From contig NC_043008.1 in NCBI RefSeq assembly GCF_006345805.1, positions 60,884,001-60,948,000 of the forward strand: a stretch of 64,000 nucleotides of DNA, written 5' to 3'. Below, piece after piece: positions 50,068 through 64,000 of the stretch; the stretch's first letter is position 1, and each line of letters opens with the position of its first letter. The stretch is from Octopus sinensis (lineage: Eukaryota). Both the position numbers and the translations under genes were made by a program. Under the pieces are notes generated by a model. That model did no database searches. It was not told the DNA's origin and was given only the letters and a program-made list of their open reading frames with translations.

Positions 50068-51598
50068 AGCATCTATGTCAGCCACTAAACATACAGCATA
50101 TATAGAATGTTTTCAATTGCCTCTGTCCCGTTTAATTAGCACTAGTACAGGAATATAGACAAGAGCGTGTGGTTAGTCAGCTCACCTAGATTGCCCGATG
50201 ATTAATCAAGGTCAGCGCAAGTCAAGACTCAGATACAAACTCACATCGCAGGAAACACAAACTGATGGGTTTGCAGCACCTGTGTATTAAACATGTCTGC
50301 AATATGCTGTAAGCTTTTTCATTTTTGTGCAAACCTAGAATTTGTAGCATATGTGGGTGAAATTTTCAATTGCGATTGCTCATTAAAAGAATATTGCTGA
50401 TGTCTAAAAGGTAGAGTTGAATGAAAGATAAAATGTGTTTAGGTCCAAAATTAATTAATGAGGGACTTGCAGTCTTGTATTATTATATGTGTTGTTAAAA
50501 ATCCTTTCCAGTTCAATATATGTCTTTAAGGAACTAACATTCGGCATCGTAGAAAAGGGAGATAAACAAATTCTGATAAAATGTAAAAAAAAAAAAAAAA
50601 AGTTTGTTTTGACCCACATAGCATGTCAGAAAAACAAATGTACTCAAATCTTGGAATCAAATACCACAATGAAACAAAAACGACATTCATATGAAGGTCT
50701 ACATACATGTATACATTATATATATATATATGTATATAAGGGTGTGCATAAAATGTGTGCAATGGTTTAACTAACTATCTAACTATCTAACTATATATAT
50801 ATACATATATAATATACATATATACAAACATACATATATATATATACATATATGTGCGTGTATACACACACACACACATATACATATAACTTCATAAACG
50901 TATGTATGGATATATGCGTCTGTGTGTGTGCGTGAGACTGACAGGGAGTGAGTTATCTTCAATTATGCAATTAACCAAGTAATTACTAAACAAACATACC
51001 TAAGAACACACCATCAATTAAACCCCTATTCATATATACATTTATAATTACACAGACCGTCCTACGCAAGTAATTTATACATTTTCACATATCATGCTCA
51101 TTAAACAACACTTTATACATCGGGTAATATTCAATGAGGCCTTTTTGAGGACAGCGTGATTTACTTTACACTTCATCAAATTATACTTAAATATCTACTG
51201 GGTGTTAAATGAAAGCAGTTGGGACTGTAACATTTTACAGCATATGTAGTCTAAATTATTTGGAGCAAATCGGAGGTCTGGCAAGTAATCACGACTGCAT
51301 ATATTTTGAGTATGAATATTTACAGCATATTTAGTTGTATATTTTAAAAAGGAAATATATTTTTCACCACCAAGAAGGCTTGTAAAAGTTTCTAATATTT
51401 ACCCACTTAAAATCTTAAAAAGCTTACTTTCACGTGTCCGTGGATATCGCCATTATTTAGTGTGCGTTTTGAGGGTGTGTGTATATATAAGTGTATAAAT
51501 ACATGCATGCACACATACATAGGTTTGTATATGGTGCGCGCGTGTATATATGTATTATATAAAGTTATGAAATATAACAAATAATATCTATATTAATA

Positions 51599-52732
51599 CT
51601 AGCATTATAACCCGGCGTTGCCGTGTCATAGTGCTAGTTTGGTATAAATTTGTTAAATCAAAAATTTGGGGTAATAAAACATACAATGACATATCAAAAA
51701 GACAAATTAAAATTCCAGAGAAAAGTACATATAACATAATTATACAAATTTACAAAAATACATAAATGTTCATCTACAGACCGTTTCGGAGATGCACCAA
51801 ATAATACGAAGCATATCATATATTTGAAATTGACACTCCCCTCGTCAGGATGTTTTTTTTACACACAACACATAGTACACGGAAACAAATGCACAATTAC
51901 ATACCTGCTACATGCGAAAGACCAGACATTATGTACTCCCAAAAATTCTCATATATACTGAATGCTACTTTATAAGCATATAATTCAATCTAGCAGCTAT
52001 AGTAAATGGTATGAGCACAATTCCAACTGGACTAATTCACTTTTGCACTTCTGCAAAGCCACATATTCGAGTTCAAGTCCTTGATGCATTTTATACTAAT
52101 TGCTATTTTTTCTTTTAATTGTTATATTACGATTTACTTTTATTTTAATTACTACTTACTATTTTTACTATATTTAAATTCAATTGTTATTATTACCTCT
52201 AACATTTATTTCAATTTTAATTTCTAAATTTCTTATGGAACGTCGAGGGGATCTTATGCGTACAATATATTTTTATATGATGTTAATATATTTATATATT
52301 ACTATACATTTCTAAACGTCGGGCTTTATACCTGTTCTGTAGATATAAATGAATATATGAATATATGTATGTGTTTGATCTTTCTGCGGATTTTGTAGGG
52401 CTCTTGTAGTTGCTGCTCGCATTACCTTCCCCTCGCATTAAAAAGTGTATACAGCTCATTTGAGCTCTACTATTCCTGTCTGTTATATATTTTGAGCGTT
52501 GTTGTCACTAAAATATAGAAATGTTTTTGTTTCACTTTTTACAGGTAATACTGAAATAGTGGAGAAAATACGATATCGCTGTGGGCTCGCTCTAGGCAAG
52601 AAGTTAAACTTCCCGGACCTTAAGTAAGGCATGTGTAAAATTTGAATGAAATTGGTTGTGTAGTTCTCAAGTTTTAGAGAAACACACAGACAGATAGACA
52701 GACACACATTCTAAGTTTTATATATCGAGAGA
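51599..52732 (-). mobile_element. Non-autonomous Helitron, longer variant
   Basis: Plus strand A-CTAG-CATTATAA-CCCGGCGTTGCC mirrors the 1768 end; the other end has CAGACAGACACAC..GTTTTATATAT..GAGA-T like 2245-2281. The interior differs. Confidence 0.7.
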
Positions 52733-52867
52733 TATATCGATAAAATGATGTATATTTAATGTATGCACAGAACGTGCATAGAAACACAAGCGCAAATATG
52801 CACACTTACCCATCAGCACATATATATATATATAATATATATATATATATATAATATATATATATAT

Positions 52868-52915
<48 letters not shown>

Positions 52916-52973
52916 GTACAGAAAGTGTACAAATCTATGTAGATGAACGTACACAAATTTGAGCATCCATACA

Positions 52974-53009
<36 letters not shown>

Positions 53010-53344
53010 TATTCATTACTGTTTTCAATTTCGTTTTCGTCTCTTGTATTCACATCCGTCTTGTGCGTTCACATTCCTGTCTTCTACCAAGAAATCTAAT
53101 GCTTACAGCTTAGTTTTTTTTCTTGGGGCTGGCCGAGTTGGAGCAAATATCAGAATTGAACAGCCGAAATTTGCTATGATGATTCGGTGTCTGACTGAAG
53201 ATTGAAGGCTTCGAATGATTTGTCTGTGTTCCGTGTTCGTCCCTTCCTGTATTTCACGTTCATTATATATAAAAACATTCATTCTTATATATATATATAT
53301 ATATATGTATGTATATGTATATATTGTTTTATTCTATTCTTTAT

Positions 53345-53670
53345 ATACTTTTTACCTTTTTACATGTTTCAGCCTTGACTGCGGACATGCTGGAGCACCA
53401 CCGGAAAGAGGTTTATAGTCCAGCTACTCAACCTCGGGACTTATGCTTTGTAAGCCTAGTACTTATTCTGTCAGTCCCTTTTACTGCAACGCTAGGTTAC
53501 AGGGATGTAAACACACCAACATCGGTTGTCAAGCGATTGTGTGGGGACAAACACAGACAGAAAGACACACCCACATAAATATATATGCATATGAATATAT
53601 ATATATACGACGGGCTACTTTCAATTTCCATCTACCAAATCCACTCACACGGATTTGGTCGGCCAGGGCT
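53345..53670 (-). mobile_element. SINE family A, 5'-truncated
   Basis: Reverse complement of family A body with internal microsatellite. Confidence 0.8.
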
Positions 53671-53674
53671 GGCC

Positions 53675-53840
53675 TAACCGTTAGCACGCCCGGCCAAATA
53701 TTTAGCGACCCTTCGTCCGTCTTTACGTTCTGAGTTAAAATTCCACCCGGACCGACTTTACCATTCATTCTTGGGATCGATAAAATAAGTACCATTGTAT
53801 ACTAGTTTCGATGTAATCCTCTATCCCAGCCTCCAAATTT
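53675..53840 (+). mobile_element. SINE family B fragment
   Basis: CGTTAGCACGCCCGGCC...TTTACGTTCTGAGTTAAAATTCC...CGATAAAATAAGTACCA. Confidence 0.7.
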
Positions 53841-53869
53841 CAGGCCTGTGCTTATACTAGAAAATATTA

Positions 53870-54230
53870 TTATTATTGTTATTTTCATATGCACACAACA
53901 TATTAGACTGTTGGAAAAGAAAAAAATCCTGACATGGGCTACAATAAGAAACCTTAGATGCCAAGAATCCTCCTGAGTATCATAACAGTCTCTAATAATA
54001 CAGATTTTTGGAGCTGTACTAAACTGAGTTTTTATGCCTGTTTCCTCTATCCATCTGTTCAAATCTTTAGGGAATGTTCCCAGTGCATGTGCAGCTGCTG
54101 GGATACATTTTACCCTGGCACTTTCCATAATCTTTATAATTGAATGGCTAGGTCCTGGTACTTTGCTATTTTTTTCTATACCTCCCATTTTGATTTTTTT
54201 CTTCACCAGTCCGGAATGTAAAGTCAATTA
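53870..54230 (-). pseudogene. R4/Dong-type C-terminal restriction-like endonuclease fragment with short (TAA)n tail
   Basis: KIAKYQDLAIQL*RLWKVP / VKCIP...ALGTFPKDLNRWIEETGIK / LQKSVLLET..LRRILGI. Confidence 0.8.
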
Positions 54231-54253
54231 TCTAGCATTATGCATTCGCTTTA

Positions 54254-54254
54254 T

Positions 54255-54312
<58 letters not shown>

Positions 54313-54345
54313 CGTTGCTGCTGCTACTGCTGCTACTGCGCCTAC
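54254..54345. repeat. (CTA)n grading into (CTG)n
   Basis: Directly visible. Confidence 0.95.
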
Positions 54346-54464
54346 TGCTTTCTCATTATGGGTACACCGCTTGGCAATTTCTCCACGTTTTTTAGTACCT
54401 GGCTAAAGCACAATGCAATGTTGATTTGGCCCTTAGCTAATATATCACCACAGTATTTCATATC

Positions 54465-54587
<123 letters not shown>

Positions 54588-56853
54588 GCTTACATGCACT
54601 TACGCACTTATATGTACATATGACAAACATACGCATGCATATATACTATATTATATATATATATATATATACTATATTATATATACATATATATATATGT
54701 GTGTGTGTGTGTGTGTATGTGTGTGTGTATCTATCTATCTATTTAAAGTTTACTACATTTTAGAAACATCACAAACTCCGTTGATTTACGATTACATCGA
54801 TAAAAATCACGCAGAGATTTTGTAAAAACTTCCATTAGCATTTTATTAACAATTTCGTATGTTATAGGTTTAAAATCATATCTAAAGACAGTGTCGTCAT
54901 ATCTTAAATTGAGTGCCACTGTGTGTTTTGCGTCTAACGACGATTAATTTTCGTGCAACAATGGTAATATTTAGCGGGAAGCATTAAATGCAATAAACTC
55001 ATCTTGTTATATAATCATCACGACAATCATGAGACAAAATAGTGCCTAGAAGATTTTAAAGAGAGAAAAGACAAAAAAGACTCCCCACCAAAAAACAACA
55101 ACAACAACAATGAGACCACGTAAACTAATGGATGTAATTTGACTCTTCTAGTCCTGCGGTAACGTAGAATACTTTAATGGTATGTCACACAGTTTTAAAG
55201 AAAGGTGTAATCGATTAAATTTCCTTAAAATAATTGACTGTATCCACTCTGGAATTTTGAAATTCAAAAGCAATCTCGCTGGGAGTTCCGGACGTAATAT
55301 ATACAATAAGAAGAAAATGATGCGACGTTCCAACGATTCAAACAGTTCACCACTCACACGATCTAATAAGATTTCCTAAGTTTGAAACAAGGTTTTCAAT
55401 GTGGAGCAAAGACACTATTGGTTCAAGAACTTCAGAAATGGACTGGCGCTTATATCATAACAGTACCTTGAATAAGAAAAAAAAAACCCAAATAAACTTG
55501 CCAATGATTACACCTCAAACTGTTAAGGACTATCGTTAAATACACTGTACTCTTATCGGTAAATCTATTTGATTAAAGATCCAATCGGCACCCTCGAACA
55601 AATGTGGTTTAGTAACTTGTACCAGTCATTCACTAAGCCTTTCTGATGCAGGTGTACTCGTAAAGTGACAGACTCACATACACACACTTTCGACTCAGCG
55701 ATACATCCAGCGAAACATCCACGATACGACAACTAGAGTGAAAATATAAATTAAAACCAGACGAGCTGCACCACCACTCGGTTGGTATTAATTTATACTT
55801 CATTGGAGTAGAACAACGTAAAGAGTAGCGCATTGTTTAAGGAGAAAACGCTCCTACCGGTTAAACATTTCAAATTACGCTATGACCGTGAATGAAAACA
55901 TTACTTCTTCATAAACCATTTAATTGAGTTGATAGTTAATAAAATACCACAGGAAGTTAATACTTTATCATAATAGTAAATATTTTTAATACTTTTTCTC
56001 TAGAGAATTATGTTGCTTCCATGCCCTTAGCAGCGACACTAAAACATATGTGAAGGAGATGGTTGATATTCTATTCGAACTGCAGAAAATCAACGACGGA
56101 TTTTTGATACAAAAATTAGAAACAAATTGGGCATTGAATGGCGGTAGATATTCAAGAGAGAATTCGCAGGGAAAAATGGTCGATTCTGCGTATGTAGGAT
56201 TGTGGGCATACGGAATAAAGCTGACGATAGGCTATGGCTATTGTGTAATGATATACTTTGCAGTTACGATGGACTCCTCCAACGAAAATGATGTCTAGTC
56301 ACTGAATATTAACCAAATAAAACAAAACCAAATAAAATGAAGAGTTATTACCGAATCACATGTATAGTTTATAGCATTATAGATAAACTATCAGTTAAAA
56401 ATTCATGATATTTCAGCCAGTGTAAAGTTAAATATGTATTAACTTATTGTTAGTTTATCAAATAAACAGGATATGGTTGCTTGTATTATATTTCCTCTGA
56501 CTTTTAAACATTTCATTTATTATTTAAACTCAGTATTTATGCTCTATGAAATTTTGGAAATCACAGGGAGACCTACAGTCATGTCTTCTTTGCTACATTT
56601 TTTAACTACAGAAACAAAATCTGTCGGAAATGATGATTGCTTTTTCATGAAATATTATCGTACATCTAAAGCTTTGTTCACAGAGCAATTTAAAATGTGA
56701 AGACAGACCCATCACACAAAACAAAGAAACAAAAAACTGCTTACTATACAGTGAATATAAAAAGCTGTATAATAAATGTGCACCGTGAGCAAAATCAACA
56801 ATGATCCTTCGTGTAATCTTAGAGCAAATAATAACGAAGAATCACTTGAATTC

Positions 56854-56920
56854 TTGCACTTGGAAAGAGGGATTTTTGTGCTTGGAAAGAGGGACTTTTT
56901 GCACTTGGAAAGAGGGATTT
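56854..56920. repeat. 22-23-bp minisatellite x3 (TTGCACTTGGAAAGAGGGATTT)
   Basis: Directly visible. Confidence 0.9.
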
Positions 56921-58189
56921 TCCCTGCTATCTAGAAAGACGGACAAAAGTGAAGTCATCAGGTATGCCACAAAAGTCGAACACCTGATGGCTTGTAATGT
57001 GTGATATGGTGGAGTAAAAAAAACAATTTCTTCGATGTCAAGAAACATAGCAGGAGAATTGGTCCTGTGTAGCAGTAGAGGTTCTATCACAAAGTAAACT
57101 AGATCATCTCCTAAAGATTCCAGATCATTTGTTTTTATGCCAAGAACTCCATGTTAGGGGAGGAGGGAAATCATTGGGGTGTTGCTTATGAGATAATATT
57201 AAGATAAGAAAACCTTCTGTCCATAACAGAAAGCAAAAGCTTGCAAAATTTCGAGACCACAATTGTAACGATTAAAAGACCTATAAAAACGTACAACTAT
57301 ATCAGAAAGAGCAGAAACATCAAGAGCAGCAACTACGACGAAACTGCAACAGGTTCTGAAACAAAAACAAGGCAGGATCTCCGGTGACCGTCAAAGAGAA
57401 AATAATACAGTAACTTCAATAACCTGAACAACATACTCATCATGAATAGCATATTCCACCTACACCAGCATAGCATCACAAGACGCCCTCTCCCATGCTT
57501 CAAATCACTCAAATATACCTTGTATGAAAAGTGGAGAAATCCCTCCGAAAATAGAGAGAGATAATAAGTGAGACAAATCAAATATCTACATTCGGAAAAA
57601 TCTAGGCAACTCGTAGAGAAGATACACTGAAGAGAGTAAAATGGCAGTAACAACTCTTTTATCTCCACCACCATCACCAATAAATACCACCACCACCACC
57701 ACCACCAGCAACAATAATATAACAAATATTAAGAAAATGTATACTAGAACGAACACAAGCAAGGCCAATCTACAGTCAAAACTACAAATATACAAATGCA
57801 AAGAAACGTACGCTACACAGCCATAGACAGGAAAGAAAAATTAACGAGCATTTTGCGTATCTGCTGCTTATGACGGCTCGTCGAAGGTGATGACAGTGTT
57901 GATCCAGGACTTTCACCTTCTTTCACCTCCGGCGCACTTTTGTTCAGGCGTGTGCAGCATTGTTATTGTTATTTTTGTTATAGTTGTTGTGGGAGTACAA
58001 ACTCCTCCTGGTATCGAATTGCATCTGTTTGTTTTATCATGGGTGGTATTCACGTTTGTATAATGCGTTGTCGTATAATGCTAATTGAGTTTTGTTGTTT
58101 ATCCGACCTGCAGATACATGTTCCGGTTGTTTATGTTATTGGATATTTGCTGTATCGAGTGTGTCGTTTTTTTGGATTATTTAATTTGG

Positions 58190-58470
58190 GTTGTACTCTT
58201 GTGTATGACGTGGGCTGCTCTTCGCAGGGCTATTTTATGGGATGGTGTGAAGTGATGACGGCCAAAATATAGCTTCTACGGTTTTGTTCAAGCCTCTTTT
58301 CTCTTTAATCGTACTTAATGTTCCAATTATTATCGGTATGGTTTTTACTTTCGTGCCCTACGTCTTGAATAATTCAGTTTCAAGATCTTTGTGCTTTGAC
58401 AATTTCTTCACTTTCTTTTGGGCGATATGCTGCTCAGAAGAGTCTGTAGTGTCATCAGTAAATGATTTCT
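58190..58470 (-). pseudogene. R4/Dong-type C-terminal endonuclease fragment
   Basis: KKLSKHKDLETELFKT*GTKVKTIPIIIGTLSTIK ... HKIALRRAAHVI. Confidence 0.72.
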
Positions 58471-58522
58471 TTTACAATTCTTGATTATTGTTATCTGGGG
58501 ACTAGACAATAAAAATCTAGTC

Positions 58523-58807
<285 letters not shown>

Positions 58808-60654
58808 GATGTGTGTAATTTTTTGAATCCTTCATTTTTCGAGACTTCTGCCCTTCTGATATTTATTTCGATGTGTTTCAAATCGGTGAGGATTATCTCA
58901 TTCTCTCATCCTTCTATGCTAGAAATATTACGTTATTTCAATTTCGTCGTCTGTCTGACTTATTGTTCAGAGCTTAAATTGAAACTCATTCTGAAATACA
59001 ACGATATCATGTAGAAGAGTATCCCTAAGCCGATATTTACTTTGTTTTTAGCTTCAGTGATACTTTAAAGGAGTAGAATTGAGAATTAAAAACCTTCATT
59101 CTGGATCATTATCACAAAAGTGCTGACTATGTTCAAGAGGGAGATTAGCTAAAGTTGAAACCAAAACTGTAAAACCTCATGTATAGACCATAAGAATAGG
59201 TTTTGGAAAACGTTAACGGTGCCGATGTAATTACTAATAGGTATTTGTGTAATTCTATTTTAAAATCAATTAATTCAAAGTCGTTCTTACTGTATTAGTC
59301 ACTTTTTAAGGATCAAATTTATAAGTACCTCATATTCACCTGCTACACGTCATATTTTCTTTACGGAGTTTCTTCAGTAACTGATATAGTACATCGTAAA
59401 AACAAAAATTCATATAGGATTTACAAGAAATTAGATTGCTAAATTAGCACAAACTAGGCCTGAAAGATCTGATCTAATCAATTGCTGTGCGACTTAATTA
59501 GTATCACGTGATGAAAGCCAAGAACATAATATTTAATGAAAAAAAAATGTTGTAAATACTTCGATTTTATATATTGATCAACATTCTTTAGTGCTCTCTA
59601 TAATAGAAAACATTGAAGTAAGTATAAAGAAAAGAAATATAGGCTACGCAAACCTTACAAAGATTCGCCTATGAATTATACTGAACACCGTATATTACGC
59701 CATGTTTTCTATATTTTACGCATTCGGAAAATTTCTAATTAAACCTTTCCCATTTTCATAGTCTTTTGAGAATTATTCTGAAAATCACTGTCCTATTTTT
59801 AATTTGTGTGTGTGTGTATTTGTGTACTTGTCTTTGTGTATGTGTCCTTGTGTATGTTTGCGCTGTACTGTGAGTGTTTGAATTTTAGCAGATCGTGAAT
59901 GTCTGGAGTTTATGGAATATTTTATTTTCGTCTTACTCTACCTGCTGCTGCTGCAAATCTGCATTAAAATTTATAGTTTATGAGTATGGCGTATCTTATC
60001 TTTTATATTCTGATACATGACGGTGGCTCTTTGGTTTGATATGGCGGCTGGGGGTAATCACGCATGGTATAAAAATTGTAGCGTGGTTAACCGTAGGGGA
60101 CTTTCACATATTTTATTAGAGACGAACATTGATTCGCTATTCCTCACAAACTATTAGTAGTTATAAAATGTTAAGTCGTTTGTTTATCATATTTTGTTGT
60201 CGTTTTCATTGCTTTTTTTTGTTGTTGTACTTGTTGTTTCGATATTTTTTGTTAACAAACAGCAACTAGAAAACATAGAAGTCACGCAAGACATCAATAA
60301 ATCGATAATTTATCAGTAGAGAAATCAAGTAAACAGTTTTGAGAACGTCAGGTAATGCTTGCTTTCTATATGACTGGTTAAGGTATAATAATTTTTTTTT
60401 TAAATTTCATTTCTTTTGTCTTGTTAGTTTGTTTGTTTGTTAGTTATTTGAATGGTGGTGTAGCGATGTAATTATTAACCATATGGGAATACGGGAGTAA
60501 AAAAAAAAAATTTCAACGTATTTGAAGCATTATTACGTAATTTGGAGAGAAAGGTCATTTGATGTGAACTAGAGCATCGACGATACAAAAGGAACAATAA
60601 TATAAAAAAAAAAAAATTGTAACATCACCAAACAACAATATTGACAATAGCAAG

Positions 60655-60915
60655 GCTGCTGCTACCGCTGCTACTACTGCTACATCTACTGCCGCTGCTG
60701 CTACCAATGCCACGGATGCTATTACCACCACCACCACCACTAATACTGCTACTACTACTACTATTACTACTACTACTACTATCACCAACTACTACTACAA
60801 TCACCAACACCACCACCACCACCACCACCACCACAATCACCACCACCACCACACCACCACCACCACCACCACCACCACCATCACCACTACCATCACCACC
60901 ACCACCACCACCACC

Positions 60916-60955
<40 letters not shown>

Positions 60956-61023
60956 ACACTACTACTACTACTACTGCTGCTGCTGTTGCTGCTGGTACTA
61001 CAACAACAACAACAACAACAACA

Positions 61024-61057
<34 letters not shown>

Positions 61058-61160
61058 CTACTACTACTACTACTACAGGCACTGCTGCTGCCGACAGCAT
61101 AAAAATAACGACGATAACATTAATAAAGATAATTATAACAACAACAACAATAATAATATT
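60655..61160. repeat. Compound trinucleotide array (CTG/CTA/CAC/CAA)
   Basis: Directly visible. Confidence 0.95.
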
Positions 61161-61714
61161 TTTAAAATATAAATACATGTTCATGGCCTTTGATGTAATT
61201 GTGCTGTCGGTCAGTTAGCCTTATTTGACCTTCCAGCATGCGCTGCATTCTTCTGTAACATCGGGATCAAAGACGTTTGCTATCACGCAAAGTCAATAAG
61301 TGAATATGCAATGATTTGAATATTTGAAGGACTTTGCTGAGTATATTATCTTTTCCTTTTCTGTCACTATACTTTTTTCTTTTGTTTATCGTATAATTTC
61401 TTACCTCTGCTGTTGTATGAATGCAACGGGATTACTAAGATTCAATGTTCACACACTAAATGCTATCAGAAAACACACATAGATATTGATGTCATTGTAT
61501 TTTTTCGTTGAGTTAGACGCTAACTGTGCATGTTTCATTTACGAAGGTATTCAATTGCAAGCTGTGTCTATTTATTCAATGTTGGTACGCATTGTTTGAT
61601 TTTATTCTTCTTTGTTCTCTGTTTTGTTGTGTTATTTTTCATATTGTATTTCCCTAACAACAAACGTATCTTATCTTATTTAAAGTTTTTTTTGCCAAGC
61701 TACTCTCTCTTTCT

Positions 61715-61719
61715 CATAT

Positions 61720-61799
<80 letters not shown>

Positions 61800-61805
61800 C
61801 ATGTG

Positions 61806-61860
<55 letters not shown>
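61715..61860. repeat. (TA)n-(TG)n-(TA)n compound microsatellite
   Basis: Directly visible. Confidence 0.95.
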
Positions 61861-61933
61861 AGATAGATCGAGGGAGATAAATAATAGATAAATAAAGAGA
61901 GAGACAGATAGCGAGATAACGATACACGTCGCC

Positions 61934-62217
61934 CTTTTCAAATTTAGACAGTCTCATGGACCCGGTTTCCCGGTTTCTGGGGCGTATGTGTTCCCCCCAG
62001 CTGGACGGGACGCCAGTCCATCGCAGCGTTGCTTAAGAAACAAGAAAATAGAGTGAGAGAAAGTTGTGGCAAAAGAGTACACTAGGGGTCACCACCAACC
62101 CCTGCCGGAGCCTCATGGGGCTTTAGGTGTTTTCGCTCAATAATCACACACAACGGTCTGGGAATCGAAACTGCGATCCTCCGCGAGTCTGCTGCCTTAA
62201 CCACTGGGTCACTGCGC
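61934..62217 (-). mobile_element. SINE family C, tail type 3
   Basis: Family C head, then TGCGATGGACTGGCGTCCCGTCCAG...CAGAAACCGGGAAACCGGG tail shared with 4620-4683. Confidence 0.82.
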
Positions 62218-63167
62218 GTAAAGATAGCGAGATACTATGTATTAAAATGTATACATTATAAATAGCAATATCTATTTTTATTTATGACCTTTAAATTTTC
62301 TATCGACGTCTTATAGTTGATGTATGCTGAAAGGCAATTTCATTAATCACATCTGTCGAGTTTAGTCGCTGATAAAAAAACATATTCGAAATTATTCTAT
62401 ACTAACTACACAAAGACTCAGTCTGTAGTAACCCTGACTTAGTAAATCTAAATCACTGTAAAGTAAATTAAAAGAAAGGATTGCATGGAGAAATAAAATT
62501 GATCTAAAAGTTTATCAAATGAAATAATGCGGTACGCATTATAATGAACAATTTAATGAACATGAATACGCGAAAATACCTATATTTGCTAACTCTCTAG
62601 GAAGCAATATAATTTTTAGAATCGAAATGCTTGAAAATATACCAAGCTTGATTAGGAATGACCGGATCTGAGTGTTGGGCAATTTTTGAAAGCTGTTCCG
62701 TTTTATGATTAATAACATCGAATCCATAGTTCATAGTCCAGTAAGAACTGTCTTATATGTAAGTAACCAATGAAGAATTTCTCTGCTGGAACAACTAGTG
62801 TAGCAAAGGTGTTATCACATCCACGTGTGTAGCAAAGCATTATGTAAAAATGACGACATCTTCATTGTAATTATCGTTGCTTACTGCGACTTTAATCAAT
62901 TTTCGATTGAGAGAAGTGTATTCTCTAGGTTTCTTAACGATGTGGGAAGGAAAGTTGTTTTGCAAACACGCCGGTCCGTTTTCGATTCATTGCAATGTTA
63001 TTTTCTACAAAAAATCGTGGATACTGACCTTCAGTCTGAGACTGTGTCATATGGAATTATGGAACATGAAATCATCAGTTAAAATTCATCGGTGAATTTT
63101 TATCAAAGAAATTCTGGTTTGTATATAGACATATAAATATATATAATTGCGCGTGTGCGCATGTTTA

Positions 63168-63206
<39 letters not shown>

Positions 63207-64000
63207 GAGAGAGGAGACAGAGAGAGGGAAAGACAGAAGGTAGATTTGTATGCATATGTGTATGTGTATATATTCATATATATATATATAGAGAGAGAGA
63301 TGGAGAGGGAGAGAGATGGAGAGGGAGAGAGAGGAGATTTGTATGAATATATTATGCAATGTCGTAGAAAAATGCAAGCATTTGTCTCTCAAAGAATCAC
63401 AAGACGCTGTTAATTTCAAGATATGGGTCTTTATATTGAAAGGCGGGGCTTCTGAAATTCGTGATTAGCACCAATTTCAAAATGTTCAGTTGGTCATGAC
63501 TTCATAAACGGTCTGCCTTAACTTGTTGTTTATATACCCTGACCCTCCTCTTTAATTCCGTTCACAGTTGACTTATGTTGTGCAAATGTAGGAACGTAAC
63601 GAAATAAATTTGACTCATTTTTAATTCATATTTCCGATAACCTTGAGTTCTTTTCGATTCTTCCAATTTCGATTTTACACTTTCCACTCACCACATAACC
63701 TCCAACGACATTTCATTATTCGCATAATTTTAGGTTTCGATTTTAGTCTCTCTTTTGTTAAAAGACTTCCAAGTTTTGTTGGTTATCTTTGACTGTTAAC
63801 AATTTCTGATTTCTTAATTGTTTCACTTTGATTTACAGCCTGATGTAGAGTTGGCCAGTATATTGCGGAATAGACCACATCGTATTATCAGTGATCGTGT
63901 TCTATGTCTGTCTGAATTATTCTCTCTGTTCAAGAGAGTTCGTAAAGTATTGGAATTTGGTTTGTATTGGCTGTGGCATTATTTATTATATCTTTGGATA

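Noticed and set aside
53120-53175. GGCTG...CAGCC-GAAA hammerhead 3' half
   Set aside because: No CUGANGA upstream and no clear stems I or III; kept only as context for the microsatellite-adjacent fragments.
56854-56920. CRISPR-like array (also 6757-6830, 13517-13560)
   Set aside because: Head-to-tail tandem units without unique spacers, in eukaryotic context with no cas genes.
57100-57830. Additional R4/Dong remnants (also 23500-24000 and 63450-63800)
   Set aside because: Only faint similarity across many stops; cannot be supported without a profile search.
60040-60110. TATAAAA plus NF-kB-like GGGGACTTTCA as a promoter
   Set aside because: Short motifs expected by chance in 64 kb of AT-rich DNA; no downstream gene evidence.

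Overview
AT-rich, repeat-dense eukaryotic DNA with no confidently identifiable host protein-coding exon. The SINE repertoire and very dense microsatellites suggest an octopod cephalopod (inference; species not determinable here). The window is a mosaic of (i) at least five tRNA-derived SINE families, here labelled A-E, several with clear target-site duplications; (ii) two Penelope-like element (PLE) remnants, one Neptune-type and one Naiad-type, plus hammerhead-ribozyme-like motifs beside microsatellites; (iii) decayed R4/Dong-type, RTE and probable L1/Tx1 LINE pieces; (iv) Tc1 and maT (DD37D-like) transposase pseudogenes; (v) two non-autonomous Helitrons; (vi) a 577-bp foldback MITE with an 8-bp TSD and internal inverted TTAGGG repeats; and (vii) many simple repeats, which explain most ORFs in the supplied track. 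The most interesting leads are a tRNA-headed SINE ending in half of a PLE-style hammerhead core (possible Penelope-mobilised SINE), two minimal hammerheads sharing a C at core position 4, a TGA at a conserved Cys position of the Naiad-type PLE, the telomeric-repeat MITE, an unexplained ACCGT-rich element, and an isolated near-perfect 52-nt hairpin. Family names come from motif recognition by eye, not database searches.
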